A DNA stretch of 64,000 bases, taken from the IMG/VR virus record IMGVR_UViG_3300042554_002381, positions 43,437 through 107,436 of that record; one strand, given 5' to 3'. Position 1 is the first letter of the stretch. Every line of letters begins with the position of its first letter. Shown here one piece after another: positions 39,330 to 49,363 of the stretch. The notes beneath the pieces are model-generated. The model made no database searches and was not told the DNA's origin. It was given only the letters and a program-made list of their open reading frames with translations. The DNA comes from a virus (Duplodnaviria > Caudoviricetes). A program made the translations under genes and the position numbers.

Positions 39330-40160
39330 TTAAAAAGGAAACGTTGACATATCTTCTACTACTTCTGATTCTTTTTCTTCTTCATAAAGCACTTCTGCTT
39401 CAGTTTCAGTTTCAGTAGATAAATCGTCGTCCTCACCTAAGCCAAGCATTTTTTCAAAAAGCTCATGAACCATAACCTGATGATTCATCCAGTCTGAAGG
39501 ATGTGAGTCTTTCAGCGCAATGGTAATGTGATTATACAAGGCCCAAGCAGAGTCGTTGTCAACCTTGTAGTCAAAACTGGGCTTGACTATTTCTGCACGA
39601 ATGGTGTTGAGCTGCATAGTGTTCAGAAGTTTCTTTCTGAAAAACAGCTCACCTAATATGTCATGTTGCGCAGTGCTTGACAGAAGCACTTCTTTAAGTT
39701 GGTTTTTGTGCTGAACAAGCGTGCTCCAGTAAACATCAGAGTCGTTGATAAACTCTGAGATCTTACCTTCTGCCAGCATTCCTGCGGCACCTGTGTGCAC
39801 ACGCTTGTAGCTGCCAAACTTGTTATTAGACAGCATCATGCCGTTGTTGCAAATCTTTACAAGACCGCCCAAGCTGAAACGAAACGCGTACTGTTTGTTG
39901 TAAGAGTTCAAAAAGCTTGCGCTTAGTTCTATGTCTGGGTCAGTTTTGTAGTTCATGCGAAATGTGCCAATGGCTATTTGACCGTCGTTGGTGGCGCGGT
40001 ACTCTTCACCGGTGATAATATAGCCTGCTGATGTGATTTCGCTTCTCACACGGTTGATTACTGCTGTGTGAGCAATCGGTGTGTATGTAGCTGTTTTTGC
40101 TGGCAATGGTGAACCAATCATCTTGGAGTAAGCCATCATGCCGTTTATGGTTCTTTTCAT
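39330..40160 (-). CDS. DUF932-like protein
   Basis: YTPIAH, NSYN...F..G.LVKICNNG, KRVHTG and AWALYNHIT. Confidence 0.7.
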   Translation of the reverse strand: MKRTINGMMAYSKMIGSPLPAKTATYTPIAHTAVINRVRSEITSAGYIITGEEYRATNDGQIAIGTFRMNYKTDPDIELSASFLNSYNKQYAFRFSLGGLVKICNNGMMLSNNKFGSYKRVHTGAAGMLAEGKISEFINDSDVYWSTLVQHKNQLKEVLLSSTAQHDILGELFFRKKLLNTMQLNTIRAEIVKPSFDYKVDNDSAWALYNHITIALKDSHPSDWMNHQVMVHELFEKMLGLGEDDDLSTETETEAEVLYEEEKESEVVEDMSTFPF

Positions 40161-40161
40161 C

Positions 40162-42144
40162 TTAAAAAAATGTTAGTTGAATGTGTTGTTCTTTACGTGG
40201 TAATACAGGAGAAGACTTTTCTATCTTCTTGATCTCTTCATAGATCTTGTCCAAATAAAACTGTTCATTGACGTTGTACTCAGACCAGGGCTTGTTTTCA
40301 TGTCTGTTGAAAATGGTCTGAAGAGATCTACCACTTTCAAGTTGTATTTCCCTGCCATCAGGGTTGCACTTAATGATCTTACATCCTTGGTTGGATATGT
40401 AGTAACGAACTAGTTTCTGCAGTTTTTCTTTGATAAAGGATGTGTTTTCAATACTGTGTTTCATAAAGTACCAGTCACCTCTGAGCTTGGCACCAGCGCA
40501 ATAGTCATAAATATTGCGGTTGGCTTGTAAAAACTCAGCAGGATCAATGCCATGTACAAAGTAGGCGTACCAGGCCTTAGGAATAATCAGCATAGACTTG
40601 TTTTTGTGCAGTGGGAGCTCTTCAAATTCAAAACGTCCTTTGCACTTGGTCTTGCCAGAAGTATCTATGGCAATGTAGTTATTGACATCACCAATGATCA
40701 TCTTCTGATACTCTAATGTTTCCAGCTGCAGCTGTGTCATTGCTTCCCATTCTTTGCAAATCTGGTAAAACAATTCTTCGTATTGCTCATCAATAAGAAA
40801 CTCCAAACCGTCTGTGTTCTGCATCAATGGCTGTGCTCCTGGAATGCGTGTGGCGATCATCTCATAGAGCATGGTAAGTAGCAACTGGCCGTTGATCGTA
40901 ATCCTGAAAGTAAACTCAGGGTCATACAGGAACGAATACTTGTTCTTGCTCAAACCATAGGTAGAGTTCAGGATAATCTTGAACAGATAGTTCAGAGGAG
41001 AAGACTTAGGGTACTTTTTGCGCTCTTCAAAAAACCACTCATACAGCTCACAGAAATCATCTTTGGGGATGTGTGCAGGAGCCCAGCGGTTCTTGATAGC
41101 CAGGTTAGGATAGAACGACGTCACGTCTGCTGAGAGGATCTTTTTACCTTTGGCTGCAGTGTAGATGCCAGAGGCCGCACAACCGTGCAGTCCTCCCAGA
41201 CCATAGTCTGTGGGAACCTCTTTAAAGATCACACGGTGCTTGGGACCTTTGCTTTTTTGAGACTCTTCTGTTTCATCTAGGATCGCTGTATCTACCACCA
41301 GAGATTTAAACCAGTTGTGAACACTGGTAAACTCTGGGGTAGAAAAGCGTACATAGGGAAGTATGATGTCTCTGACAGTAACATGGGAGCGTTCTGTGCG
41401 CATGTTTTTAATGTCGCGCTTATCTCTGCTCAGCTTTTCACTTAAGAAGTGCAAGAACATCTCCTTGCTAATTCTGGGCTCTGAGGCACTGTACAGGGTA
41501 AGGTTATAGGTGGCACTAAGTTCAGCACGCAGATTGATCTGCGAAGCCATAATCTGCTCACCTTTAGCGTTTTTAAGCAAAAAGATCTGCTTGGTGGACG
41601 CCACGTCATTGATACAATACGACACTACTTTTTGCAAAGTGTCATCATCTCTTACGGGTTCATAGTGATGATGCGGCATCTCTTCAACGTTGTTCCAGTC
41701 CATTGAGAACTGAACCCATTTCAGAGAAGTACGCTTGGCATTACTGTCCCAGTGATTGAGTTTGAAGATGTCTACACAAGGTATGCTCAGCTTATATTCT
41801 GGATAGTCAAGAAACTCCTTGCGATCAGTTTTGCCAATGACATGTTGGGCGTACTGATAAATTGTCGTGGTAATTTCTTCTGCAGACCTGCCAGTAAAGT
41901 AGCCGGCGTTCTGCATGATGTACTCAGTAATCTGAGCATCAAAGGACAGGTTGTTGTAACCAAAGTGCCAGTCTTTGCTTGCTTGATTTTGCTTAAGAAA
42001 CTCCAAAAAAGCAGGTATGTCGTTTTTATCGCGATTGACAACAAAAACATGCTGCTCTTCGGAGTCATAAGCACTAAACACAGCAACAAAGCAGTTGACA
42101 ATGGTTTCATAGTCCATTACCCAGAACTTTCGCTGTTGTTGCAT
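40162..42144 (-). CDS. polB: Family B DNA polymerase
   Basis: Exonuclease motifs DYE, YNNLSFD and YCINDV. Polymerase motifs DVTSFYP, KIILNSTYG and NTDG. Confidence 0.92.
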   Translation of the reverse strand: MQQQRKFWVMDYETIVNCFVAVFSAYDSEEQHVFVVNRDKNDIPAFLEFLKQNQASKDWHFGYNNLSFDAQITEYIMQNAGYFTGRSAEEITTTIYQYAQHVIGKTDRKEFLDYPEYKLSIPCVDIFKLNHWDSNAKRTSLKWVQFSMDWNNVEEMPHHHYEPVRDDDTLQKVVSYCINDVASTKQIFLLKNAKGEQIMASQINLRAELSATYNLTLYSASEPRISKEMFLHFLSEKLSRDKRDIKNMRTERSHVTVRDIILPYVRFSTPEFTSVHNWFKSLVVDTAILDETEESQKSKGPKHRVIFKEVPTDYGLGGLHGCAASGIYTAAKGKKILSADVTSFYPNLAIKNRWAPAHIPKDDFCELYEWFFEERKKYPKSSPLNYLFKIILNSTYGLSKNKYSFLYDPEFTFRITINGQLLLTMLYEMIATRIPGAQPLMQNTDGLEFLIDEQYEELFYQICKEWEAMTQLQLETLEYQKMIIGDVNNYIAIDTSGKTKCKGRFEFEELPLHKNKSMLIIPKAWYAYFVHGIDPAEFLQANRNIYDYCAGAKLRGDWYFMKHSIENTSFIKEKLQKLVRYYISNQGCKIIKCNPDGREIQLESGRSLQTIFNRHENKPWSEYNVNEQFYLDKIYEEIKKIEKSSPVLPRKEQHIQLTFF

Positions 42145-42551
42145 TAGCCTTGTTGTTTAGGTTCTTCGTCTTGCTTGCTCTGTTTAATTACTGCAAGTGA
42201 TGGATGGTCTGGGTTAAAGGCAAAAAGCTCTACAAACCGCTCAATGTCTTCCTGGTTGTCCAGGTAGTACTCATAGTAGGTTTCCATCATGCGGCGCTCT
42301 TCAATAAAGCGCGGCTGTGTCGCATCACTGCCAGCTTTTAAAGGAATAGGCATACCTTTGTCGTTGAGCTTGGGCAGCATGTGAGGCTTCTCCTTCTGAT
42401 CGCGACTTATGACTGCCAGCACGCCAGTGTTGGGGTCAAAGATTACTTCATTAAAAGGACATTCCTCATGCATTGGAAGCATGCGAAAAGACTTACGCCC
42501 GTACCAGTCAGTGCTGTATACAAGCATGTTGTTAGTGGTCAATACACTCAT
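42144..42551 (-). CDS. Hypothetical protein
   Basis: 135-aa ORF; its stop overlaps the polB start. Confidence 0.7.
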   Translation of the reverse strand: MSVLTTNNMLVYSTDWYGRKSFRMLPMHEECPFNEVIFDPNTGVLAVISRDQKEKPHMLPKLNDKGMPIPLKAGSDATQPRFIEERRMMETYYEYYLDNQEDIERFVELFAFNPDHPSLAVIKQSKQDEEPKQQG

Positions 42552-42577
42552 TGGTTTTTTTGATTAAATTTTAAAAG

Positions 42578-43138
42578 TTAGTAAAGCTGTTCAATGTCAG
42601 TGGGTACCTGAACAGTGCAGGTTTCTTTTGTAATGTCAAGCAGGTCGCAGAGCTCACCCACTTCCCTGAGTACACGTTCTTCCATGTTCAGGATGTCTGC
42701 ATATTGCTTGAAGTATTTGGCAGGAAACAAAAACGATTCTATGTAGACCCACTCAGGAGTGTGTGTTCCATAGTAATCTGTCAGAAGCTTTTTCACTTGA
42801 GCAGAAAGCAAAGAGTATTTACCATTGATAAAATTATCATAGTCAGCAGCAAAGCTTTGCAAATCAAAGACATACACTACAGTGCTATCGTCAATAGGAA
42901 CAATCTGTTCTAGCATTTTGTGAGTAACCAAATAATTGGCCTCAAAAGTTTTCCATTCTTCTGTGTCTTGTTTTTTAAAAACGCAGATCAGCTTGCGCTT
43001 ATCTGCAGTAAAGCCAGTGCCTTGCCAGCAGATATAAGTCTGCACTGGCCGCGGGTGCTTTGCTCTTTTGAACCCCAACAAGGGGTATAAGAACGTGAAG
43101 GACTTCTGAAAGTACTTCTTATAGATTTCAGATATCAT
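42578..43138 (-). CDS. Hypothetical conserved phage protein
   Basis: 186-aa ORF (KSFTFLYPLL...FINGKYS) with an ATGA overlap. Confidence 0.7.
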   Translation of the reverse strand: MISEIYKKYFQKSFTFLYPLLGFKRAKHPRPVQTYICWQGTGFTADKRKLICVFKKQDTEEWKTFEANYLVTHKMLEQIVPIDDSTVVYVFDLQSFAADYDNFINGKYSLLSAQVKKLLTDYYGTHTPEWVYIESFLFPAKYFKQYADILNMEERVLREVGELCDLLDITKETCTVQVPTDIEQLY

Positions 43139-44190
43139 AGTACTACTTCAGTGTTGATCAAAAATTCATAGGGTAACTCAAAGTCTCTTGTTTCAAAGTG
43201 ATGCACTGCTTGTGCAAGTTTTTCATCCAAGATGTTAAGCCACTCTTGCATTTTTTCATCAGACACGCGAATAGGTGCTATCTGCATATAAGGATCTACT
43301 ACCACAAAGCGAAAGACAATCTTGAAGTCTTTGTACTCAGGACGACTAAGATAAACATGTTCTACCAGCCGGTGATAAATGGCAGCCTGCAGATAGTAGC
43401 GATAGTACTCAACAGAGTCCTTGAAAGAAGAGATGTCTTTGCTTGACTTTTTAAGGTCATTGACTTTGATGGTTTTTGTGGAAGGATCAATTACCAGGTT
43501 GTCAATAAAACCTCTAATACCAAAAGGATAATTATCAGAAAACTTGACCAACTCCACCTCGTTTTGCTTGATGATACCGCGCAGTGGGTCTTCAAAGAAA
43601 CCCATGACATCAATAACAGCAGGAGTGTCTTTAATTTTTTGCACTACACTTTTTGCAAAATTGTATGTATCATGATCTACAATAGTGCGATTTTGTGATT
43701 GCTTGAGATAGTCCCAGTAAGACACATGCTTTTCAGTAATAATCTTGTCCAGACGCTGCGTGTCAGTCTTCAGTGACTGGTACAGGTTCATGTCTGAAAG
43801 AATGTCAATGATCGCACCTGAAAATTCATGCAGTTCTTCGCGCGTGTCTTCAGGATCATGTTGTTTGAGTTCTTTGTAATGATTAAATAACGTCTGCAAA
43901 AGCTGACGTGGATTGTCAGAAGGAATGTCTTGTGCGCTTAGCACAAACTCTTTGTCAAAGTTTTCTGGATTAAGCAGCAAACAGTGAATAAGTTTACCTT
44001 CAACCATGTTGCGGTCTTCTACATCATCGCGCTGACCCAGCACATAGTGATTGTAGAAAAGTGCAGGACTGTACAGAAGTCTGTTAAGTCCTGAATATGA
44101 CAATAAAAATGGTCTGGAGAAAAACTCTTCTTCTTTTTGCATGCGATCTGAAAAAGAGATGTCGGGTGCTATAAACTTGGGTGTTGCCAT
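43135..44190 (-). CDS. PD-(D/E)xK exonuclease (RecE/DUF3799-like)
   Basis: LSYSGL, GKLIHCLLL, RGFIDNL...NDLK and YYLQAAIY. Confidence 0.8.
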   Translation of the reverse strand: MATPKFIAPDISFSDRMQKEEEFFSRPFLLSYSGLNRLLYSPALFYNHYVLGQRDDVEDRNMVEGKLIHCLLLNPENFDKEFVLSAQDIPSDNPRQLLQTLFNHYKELKQHDPEDTREELHEFSGAIIDILSDMNLYQSLKTDTQRLDKIITEKHVSYWDYLKQSQNRTIVDHDTYNFAKSVVQKIKDTPAVIDVMGFFEDPLRGIIKQNEVELVKFSDNYPFGIRGFIDNLVIDPSTKTIKVNDLKKSSKDISSFKDSVEYYRYYLQAAIYHRLVEHVYLSRPEYKDFKIVFRFVVVDPYMQIAPIRVSDEKMQEWLNILDEKLAQAVHHFETRDFELPYEFLINTEVVL

Positions 44191-44381
44191 TTACTTTTTT
44201 CTTTGTGTGAAGGAAACTCTTTCCATCTTTCTTCAGGCAGATACTGAATCAGGTTGATGGCAGGAATAAAACTAAGCAGCTCATAAAGAGCTGTTTCATC
44301 TTGTTCTTGCAAATCTTTTTTGATCTGTTCTACCACAGCTTTGATGAGTGGAGACTCCAGGTAGTTTTTTATGCGGGGCAT
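44169..44381 (-). CDS. Hypothetical protein
   Basis: Likely start MPRIKNY; fills the gap between the nuclease genes. Confidence 0.5.
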   Translation of the reverse strand: MPRIKNYLESPLIKAVVEQIKKDLQEQDETALYELLSFIPAINLIQYLPEERWKEFPSHKEKSKWQHPSL

Positions 44382-44385
44382 AGTG

Positions 44386-44841
44386 TTAACATTTGCAGTT
44401 TTCCATGTCTCTGCCATAGTACCTGCCCAAGATGTTACCATTGTAGCTGTTAGATTTCAGCACGTCATGCTTAATCTGCCAGGACAACTCACAAAAGGTC
44501 AGGTACTTTTTAGTACAGCAGAGCTCAAGGATCTCTCGTTTAAAATTCTCAGGTCCCAGTCTTGCTACATCATGTTTCAGGTCAGCTGAAGAACCATGAT
44601 ATGTAAGCCAATCAGACTCTTTGACAACCTTTTTAAAGATTTTTCTGGTACCTGTAGTTGTCTTTTCTTTTTTTGATAGTCTTGTTTTCCTTGAGGAATG
44701 AAGACTTTTTTTACCAATGTAAAACTTGTCAGTTTTTAAATTAGTGATTCTGTAGACAAAACCTACAATTTCATTGTGGTTAGGCAGATCTTCTAATTGC
44801 AGAACAGCTTTGCCTGTAGGAGAATAAATCCAGTGGTTCAT
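44386..44841 (-). CDS. GIY-YIG (Seg-like) endonuclease
   Basis: GFVYRITNLKTDKFYIGKK, YHGSS, FKREIL and YNGNI. Confidence 0.8.
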   Translation of the reverse strand: MNHWIYSPTGKAVLQLEDLPNHNEIVGFVYRITNLKTDKFYIGKKSLHSSRKTRLSKKEKTTTGTRKIFKKVVKESDWLTYHGSSADLKHDVARLGPENFKREILELCCTKKYLTFCELSWQIKHDVLKSNSYNGNILGRYYGRDMENCKC

Positions 44842-44884
44842 AAGGTTTTGGGATTAATGAAGCTCTACAAAAGTAGTTAAAACT

Positions 44885-45901
44885 CTATAATAAACCAAAG
44901 TGATCAGGGTCTTCTTCAAGATATTTGCTTACTGCAATGTCCAGGCGAGGTACAAATTCTGCCATCGCTTTCTGCACACCATGTATTCTTACCACTTCAG
45001 CAATGTCTTTTTCCAATGGTATATAGATAAATGGTAGGCCGTGGCGTTCTTTGTAGTTCTTCATCGCTTGAATACCTGCCTGGTCACTATCAAAAACAGT
45101 GACAATAGCCAAATAAACCTGCTTAAATTCTGTCATTAAGTCATCGCTAAACATGGTGTTTTCGCTGTCAGGAGCAATAACATCACAGTTTAGATTCATA
45201 CTTTTGATAGCAAGACAGTCTTTCAAAGAGGATGCAATTACCAAATAAGGTTTGTCCTCCAACTGGTCATAGCCCTGGGTGTGATTACAAAGTTTGATAA
45301 ATTTGCGCTCACGGTTTTTGGGCTGATAGATTTTGTAGAGCTGACCTTCCTGGTTAAAGTAACCATAGATAAACTTGCTGACCACTTCAAACTCTTGCTC
45401 AACATTGTTGTCACCACTTTTTTTCTGCATAATATAGCGCGCTATAGGTACGACATTGTACTTTTCTAAAAGCTTGCTAGAAATATTGTAAGAGCCCCAA
45501 AAAGCAGCGTCATCTTTGGTCCATTGTCTGACTTTGTAGTCAGCCACTTGCCAGCGTGCGTGTTCAATAATTCTAGTCTCACAAATTTTACCAGAACGCT
45601 GATACGCTACATAGTCGGTGATGATCTTTTTAGAAGCTTCTGCAAAACCTGTATTCCACAGGTGCATCATCAAATCCACTGCGTTGCCTCCCTTGCCGGT
45701 GGAGAAGCACTTGTAGCGGTATGATTCTGCCTCTTTGTTGTAGTACAAGTACATGGACGGTGTCTTGTCATTGGGATTAAACAAAGAGTTAATGCGTACA
45801 CGTTGGCCTGTCAAAGGCTCTGGAAGACCCAGGTAGTTTTCAAAGATCCAGGTAACTGGAACATGATTGACATCCTCAATAAAATGTTTGCTTGAAAACA
45901 T
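44885..45901 (-). CDS. DnaG-like primase (crAss type)
   Basis: Degenerate Zn-binding region (DKTPS..YKCFSTGKGG), SSLKD, APDSE and Toprim DSD. Confidence 0.8.
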   Translation of the reverse strand: MFSSKHFIEDVNHVPVTWIFENYLGLPEPLTGQRVRINSLFNPNDKTPSMYLYYNKEAESYRYKCFSTGKGGNAVDLMMHLWNTGFAEASKKIITDYVAYQRSGKICETRIIEHARWQVADYKVRQWTKDDAAFWGSYNISSKLLEKYNVVPIARYIMQKKSGDNNVEQEFEVVSKFIYGYFNQEGQLYKIYQPKNRERKFIKLCNHTQGYDQLEDKPYLVIASSLKDCLAIKSMNLNCDVIAPDSENTMFSDDLMTEFKQVYLAIVTVFDSDQAGIQAMKNYKERHGLPFIYIPLEKDIAEVVRIHGVQKAMAEFVPRLDIAVSKYLEEDPDHFGLL

Positions 45902-45921
45902 AACTTCTGGGGAAAGCACAG

Positions 45922-45956
45922 AAAAAAAAGGGATGAGAAATGCTTCCCACCCCTTT
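45922..45956 (-). terminator. Intrinsic terminator
   Basis: The minus strand reads AAAGGGGTGGGAAGCATTTCTCATCCCTTTTTTTT. Confidence 0.6.
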
Positions 45957-45978
45957 AATTCTGTTGCTGGGTTAAAGA

Positions 45979-46764
45979 TTAGGGAAGTCTCAAATCTGCA
46001 ATACCTGGGGTAGTAGTTTGAAACTGAACTTGTGTAGTTGTAATCCCATTAGAAGACGAGACATTCAACATGTCCATAGGATTTCCTTGTGGCATTTGCT
46101 GGCCAGAAAAACTACCCACAGTTTCAGCTACATCTTCTGTTTTTACTACAATGTGCTTGGCACGATCAAAAGTAAGCAGGTTCAGCGGCTGACCGTTTTC
46201 ATCTTCTACTGCAGCAAAAGGAAGCAGTTTTCCTTCAGGTTTTGGGTAAAACATGCGGTAGTTAGGCTTGTCATAACCTTCAGTGAAGTATTCTTGACCG
46301 CCAATGGTGTGATGAGCCCATAGCTCTGGGTTGACCACATACCTTCTGACAGCATCCACGTACTCCTCAATAGTAGTCGCCTCTACGTTGTCAGCATTCA
46401 TCTTGTCCAGTACACCCAGTTGCTTGGCAAGGTTGTTCACCCAGCGAAAAATCTGGTCATCGCGCTGAATAGTACGACCCTCATAGGTGTAGGTGGTGAA
46501 AGGATAGCGTCCTGAACGCACGTTGGCAATCTGCCCGCGGTAGTTTCCACGTGAAGGGTCATTCTTGTCAATGGCAATGCCCTGAAAATCATCACCCAGA
46601 TCAACACCTTCCAAAGTCAGCACTACAAAGTAAGGCTCTTTTTCTGGAGAGTAGGGTGGCCTGTCAAGCTTCAGGTCAATGACGCGACAATAATGAGTGC
46701 CTGGACTCATAATCTTAGGATAGTTACTTCCTGCGTTGGGATTGAAATTTTTTGAATTAAACAT
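45979..46764 (-). CDS. Putative single-stranded DNA-binding protein
   Basis: PGTHYCRV OB-like start, low-complexity tail, and position between the ATPase and primase genes. Confidence 0.55.
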   Translation of the reverse strand: MFNSKNFNPNAGSNYPKIMSPGTHYCRVIDLKLDRPPYSPEKEPYFVVLTLEGVDLGDDFQGIAIDKNDPSRGNYRGQIANVRSGRYPFTTYTYEGRTIQRDDQIFRWVNNLAKQLGVLDKMNADNVEATTIEEYVDAVRRYVVNPELWAHHTIGGQEYFTEGYDKPNYRMFYPKPEGKLLPFAAVEDENGQPLNLLTFDRAKHIVVKTEDVAETVGSFSGQQMPQGNPMDMLNVSSSNGITTTQVQFQTTTPGIADLRLP

Positions 46765-46794
46765 AGTTTTTTTTGTTTTTAAGGTTTTAAATGG

Positions 46795-47568
46795 TTAGTC
46801 AATAAAAATTTTATTCCAGTTATGTGTCACTGATCCATCTTCATTTACTTCAGAAACAACAATTTCTGCGTTGCGAAGATGTTCAGGACGAGCACCACAG
46901 GCAATGTCATCTGAAGTTTTGAAACTCAGAATGTTTTTGTTGCCTTTGCGGTACAAATAGCCAATTGCATCAGCATTAGAACTGGTGATGCGTTTTAGTT
47001 TACCTGTAAGGTCAAGGTCCAGTGAATTAAATTCTGAACCATTTTTTTCCAGAAGCGTGTCCTTAATGTGTCCTACCAAAATCACATGTGGAGCAAGACT
47101 TTTCAACATGTTCAGCATAGTTTCAAATGCTTGACGTAACCATGGGTAACCAGCACCATTGGCCATGTTTAGGATAGAACCATACTTTTCTTTACCTCCA
47201 CCAGCTTTGAACCAGTTGGTACCCATAGAGCTTTTAGAATAGTTGTATTCCGCCAGTGGAATGCACATTTCTTCTAACGCAGTAATTGTGTCAACTGCAA
47301 TATACTTGTAGGGCTTACCTGCTTCTAAAATAGCACGAGCAATGTTACTAAGCTCTGTGACATTTGAAGCTTTGATTTTCATTGCGTCTATGTAATCTGT
47401 ACCATTCTCAAGATCTATAATCAAACAGTTCTCAAGTTTGGAAAGCAGTGTGGTTTTACCCACCTTAGGTTTTGAGAAAATGATTAAGTTTTTGGGACTT
47501 TTTACAGCAGACTTTATTACGCTGGTAGGTAGAACTACACCCTGGGGTTTTACTTCTGTTGTTGCCAT
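46795..47568 (-). CDS. AAA_24 / Sak4-like ATPase
   Basis: SKPKVGKTT Walker A, IDLENG, IAVDTIT and ILVGH. Confidence 0.85.
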   Translation of the reverse strand: MATTEVKPQGVVLPTSVIKSAVKSPKNLIIFSKPKVGKTTLLSKLENCLIIDLENGTDYIDAMKIKASNVTELSNIARAILEAGKPYKYIAVDTITALEEMCIPLAEYNYSKSSMGTNWFKAGGGKEKYGSILNMANGAGYPWLRQAFETMLNMLKSLAPHVILVGHIKDTLLEKNGSEFNSLDLDLTGKLKRITSSNADAIGYLYRKGNKNILSFKTSDDIACGARPEHLRNAEIVVSEVNEDGSVTHNWNKIFID

Positions 47569-48200
47569 TGTTTACCTTTTGAAATGAGTTGGTTTAGCCA
47601 TTTTTTGTTACTCATAGGAACATTCTGCAACATGCAATACAGATCGCGAATGGTCATTGAAGAGTAATGATTGTCATCTTTGTCAACAAAAAGTTCTGAC
47701 AGTTCTTCTTCCATGTTAAAAAGACCTGCAGTATCATCATTGTCAATTGCATTTCCTAAAAATGCAGGTTTTGAAGAAATTTCAGGAGTCAGTGCTCTTG
47801 CGTCAGTTCGGTTTACAAGATCAAAGTCAGACAACTTTACAGCATAAGTAGAAGTTGGAAGCTTGTCAGAAGGAACTTCAACATATTTGCTAGTCTCTAA
47901 ACTCCAGTTAGGATTAAACTTTAGCCTGTAAAGTGTGCGATGTTGTGGATCATAATAATTCTGATTCCAGTCAAACAGTTCTAAGTAATAATCTTGACCG
48001 CTGTTAAGTTCATTAGGAAAGAAACGTACACAAGGAACACGAGTGCCATCATTGCTGAACTCTATACCCATGTAGCACAGCTTAGCGCCAAATTTAGGGT
48101 TGCTCAAGCCCATGTTATCAAAGAGCGGTTGCCAAAAAGTACGATACTCTGCTGTAATCACAGGTATTTGTTTTTTTGGCTTTTCAACACTTGTTGTCAT
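47550..48200 (-). CDS. Hypothetical protein
   Basis: 216-aa ORF with C-terminal MTIRDLY..PMSNKKWLN. Confidence 0.7.
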   Translation of the reverse strand: MTTSVEKPKKQIPVITAEYRTFWQPLFDNMGLSNPKFGAKLCYMGIEFSNDGTRVPCVRFFPNELNSGQDYYLELFDWNQNYYDPQHRTLYRLKFNPNWSLETSKYVEVPSDKLPTSTYAVKLSDFDLVNRTDARALTPEISSKPAFLGNAIDNDDTAGLFNMEEELSELFVDKDDNHYSSMTIRDLYCMLQNVPMSNKKWLNQLISKGKQWQQQK

Positions 48201-48225
48201 AGAAAATTGTTTTTTTTTTGTTAAG

Positions 48226-49215
48226 TTATTTTTTAGGAATCATTCTTGGTATTGGTGCTTCAGTTATTGTCATAGTTTCATATTGAGCTTTGTACCAGTG
48301 TATTGCAGGTTCACCAAAGCGATTTTTAAGCACGTGCATTGCTAATAGGTATTTGTCAGTAATTTCAAAACGCTGTGGTCCATAAAGAGCCAGGTTATAT
48401 TTTGCAGGACGGTTGTATGCAATCATAACATCTGCACACTGCAAAAGATAATCACTGCCAAATACATCAGCCTCTGTGGGATAATTGCTCAGCATTCCTG
48501 GTTTTTGACGTTCTGCGTCATCAATGTCACGATTTAGCTGAGTCAAAATCAAAAATGTAACAGGAAGCCTGTTTTTCATTTCTGTCAGCATGGTTGCTAA
48601 GTTTTGCAAGGTTTGCTGTCTGCTGGTTTCAGAAGCTCCTTGCTTTACAAGCAAAGTATGGTCAAGAGTAACTACCACCGGTTTTCTTATCTCAGTGTAA
48701 AAACTTATAATTGCAGCTTGCATTTCATTGACAGTAAGCGCTTTGTCAATAATGTACTCCTGTCTTTCTCTTTGAGTAGAGGCATATCTCTCAAGTTTTT
48801 TTAAGTCTTCACTTTTGAGAGGTGGAAGACCATCATCTTGGGCGCTTTGCATGTAGCGAATGTTCAAGTTGGTAGCACTTGAAAGTTCTCGCATAGCCAT
48901 GTTGCGTCCAAGCATTTCAAATTGAAAATGCAACACTGCAAAGTTTTGGTCGTGATTAAGCACCTGAAGCTCTCTAGTTAAAGATGCTGCTATAAGTGTT
49001 TTACCAACACCAGGTCTTGCAGCAATCACGTACAGTGACTGCCACTCAATGCCGTTTAAACCTATCTTGTTAAAAGTAGGCCATTGAGTTTTCAGTGACT
49101 TGAGTGAACCATTAGAACGCTTTGTAAGATAATCAATGCTCTCAGACATAATATCTCCATAGCGTTTCCAGGGTTTTTTGGTGGTAGCATCAACTGGTGA
49201 TGCTGAATGTGTCAT
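48226..49215 (-). CDS. dnaB: DnaB-like replicative helicase (C-terminal ATPase domain only)
   Basis: AARPGVGKT, FQFEM, LDH, LTQLNR, ADV and LKNRFG. Start uncertain. Confidence 0.88.
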   Translation of the reverse strand: MTHSASPVDATTKKPWKRYGDIMSESIDYLTKRSNGSLKSLKTQWPTFNKIGLNGIEWQSLYVIAARPGVGKTLIAASLTRELQVLNHDQNFAVLHFQFEMLGRNMAMRELSSATNLNIRYMQSAQDDGLPPLKSEDLKKLERYASTQRERQEYIIDKALTVNEMQAAIISFYTEIRKPVVVTLDHTLLVKQGASETSRQQTLQNLATMLTEMKNRLPVTFLILTQLNRDIDDAERQKPGMLSNYPTEADVFGSDYLLQCADVMIAYNRPAKYNLALYGPQRFEITDKYLLAMHVLKNRFGEPAIHWYKAQYETMTITEAPIPRMIPKK

Positions 49216-49363
49216 AGTTAATGGTGGTTTTGAAGCGTTTGAAGATATAGGTGCCTCTGCATTAACAGACTTAAACATAAATAGGATACTAGGATAAGAG
49301 TTCAAATATACAAATACTGTAGAACATAAACAAGTGAACGTCTACAAAATAGTCAAATTGTCA

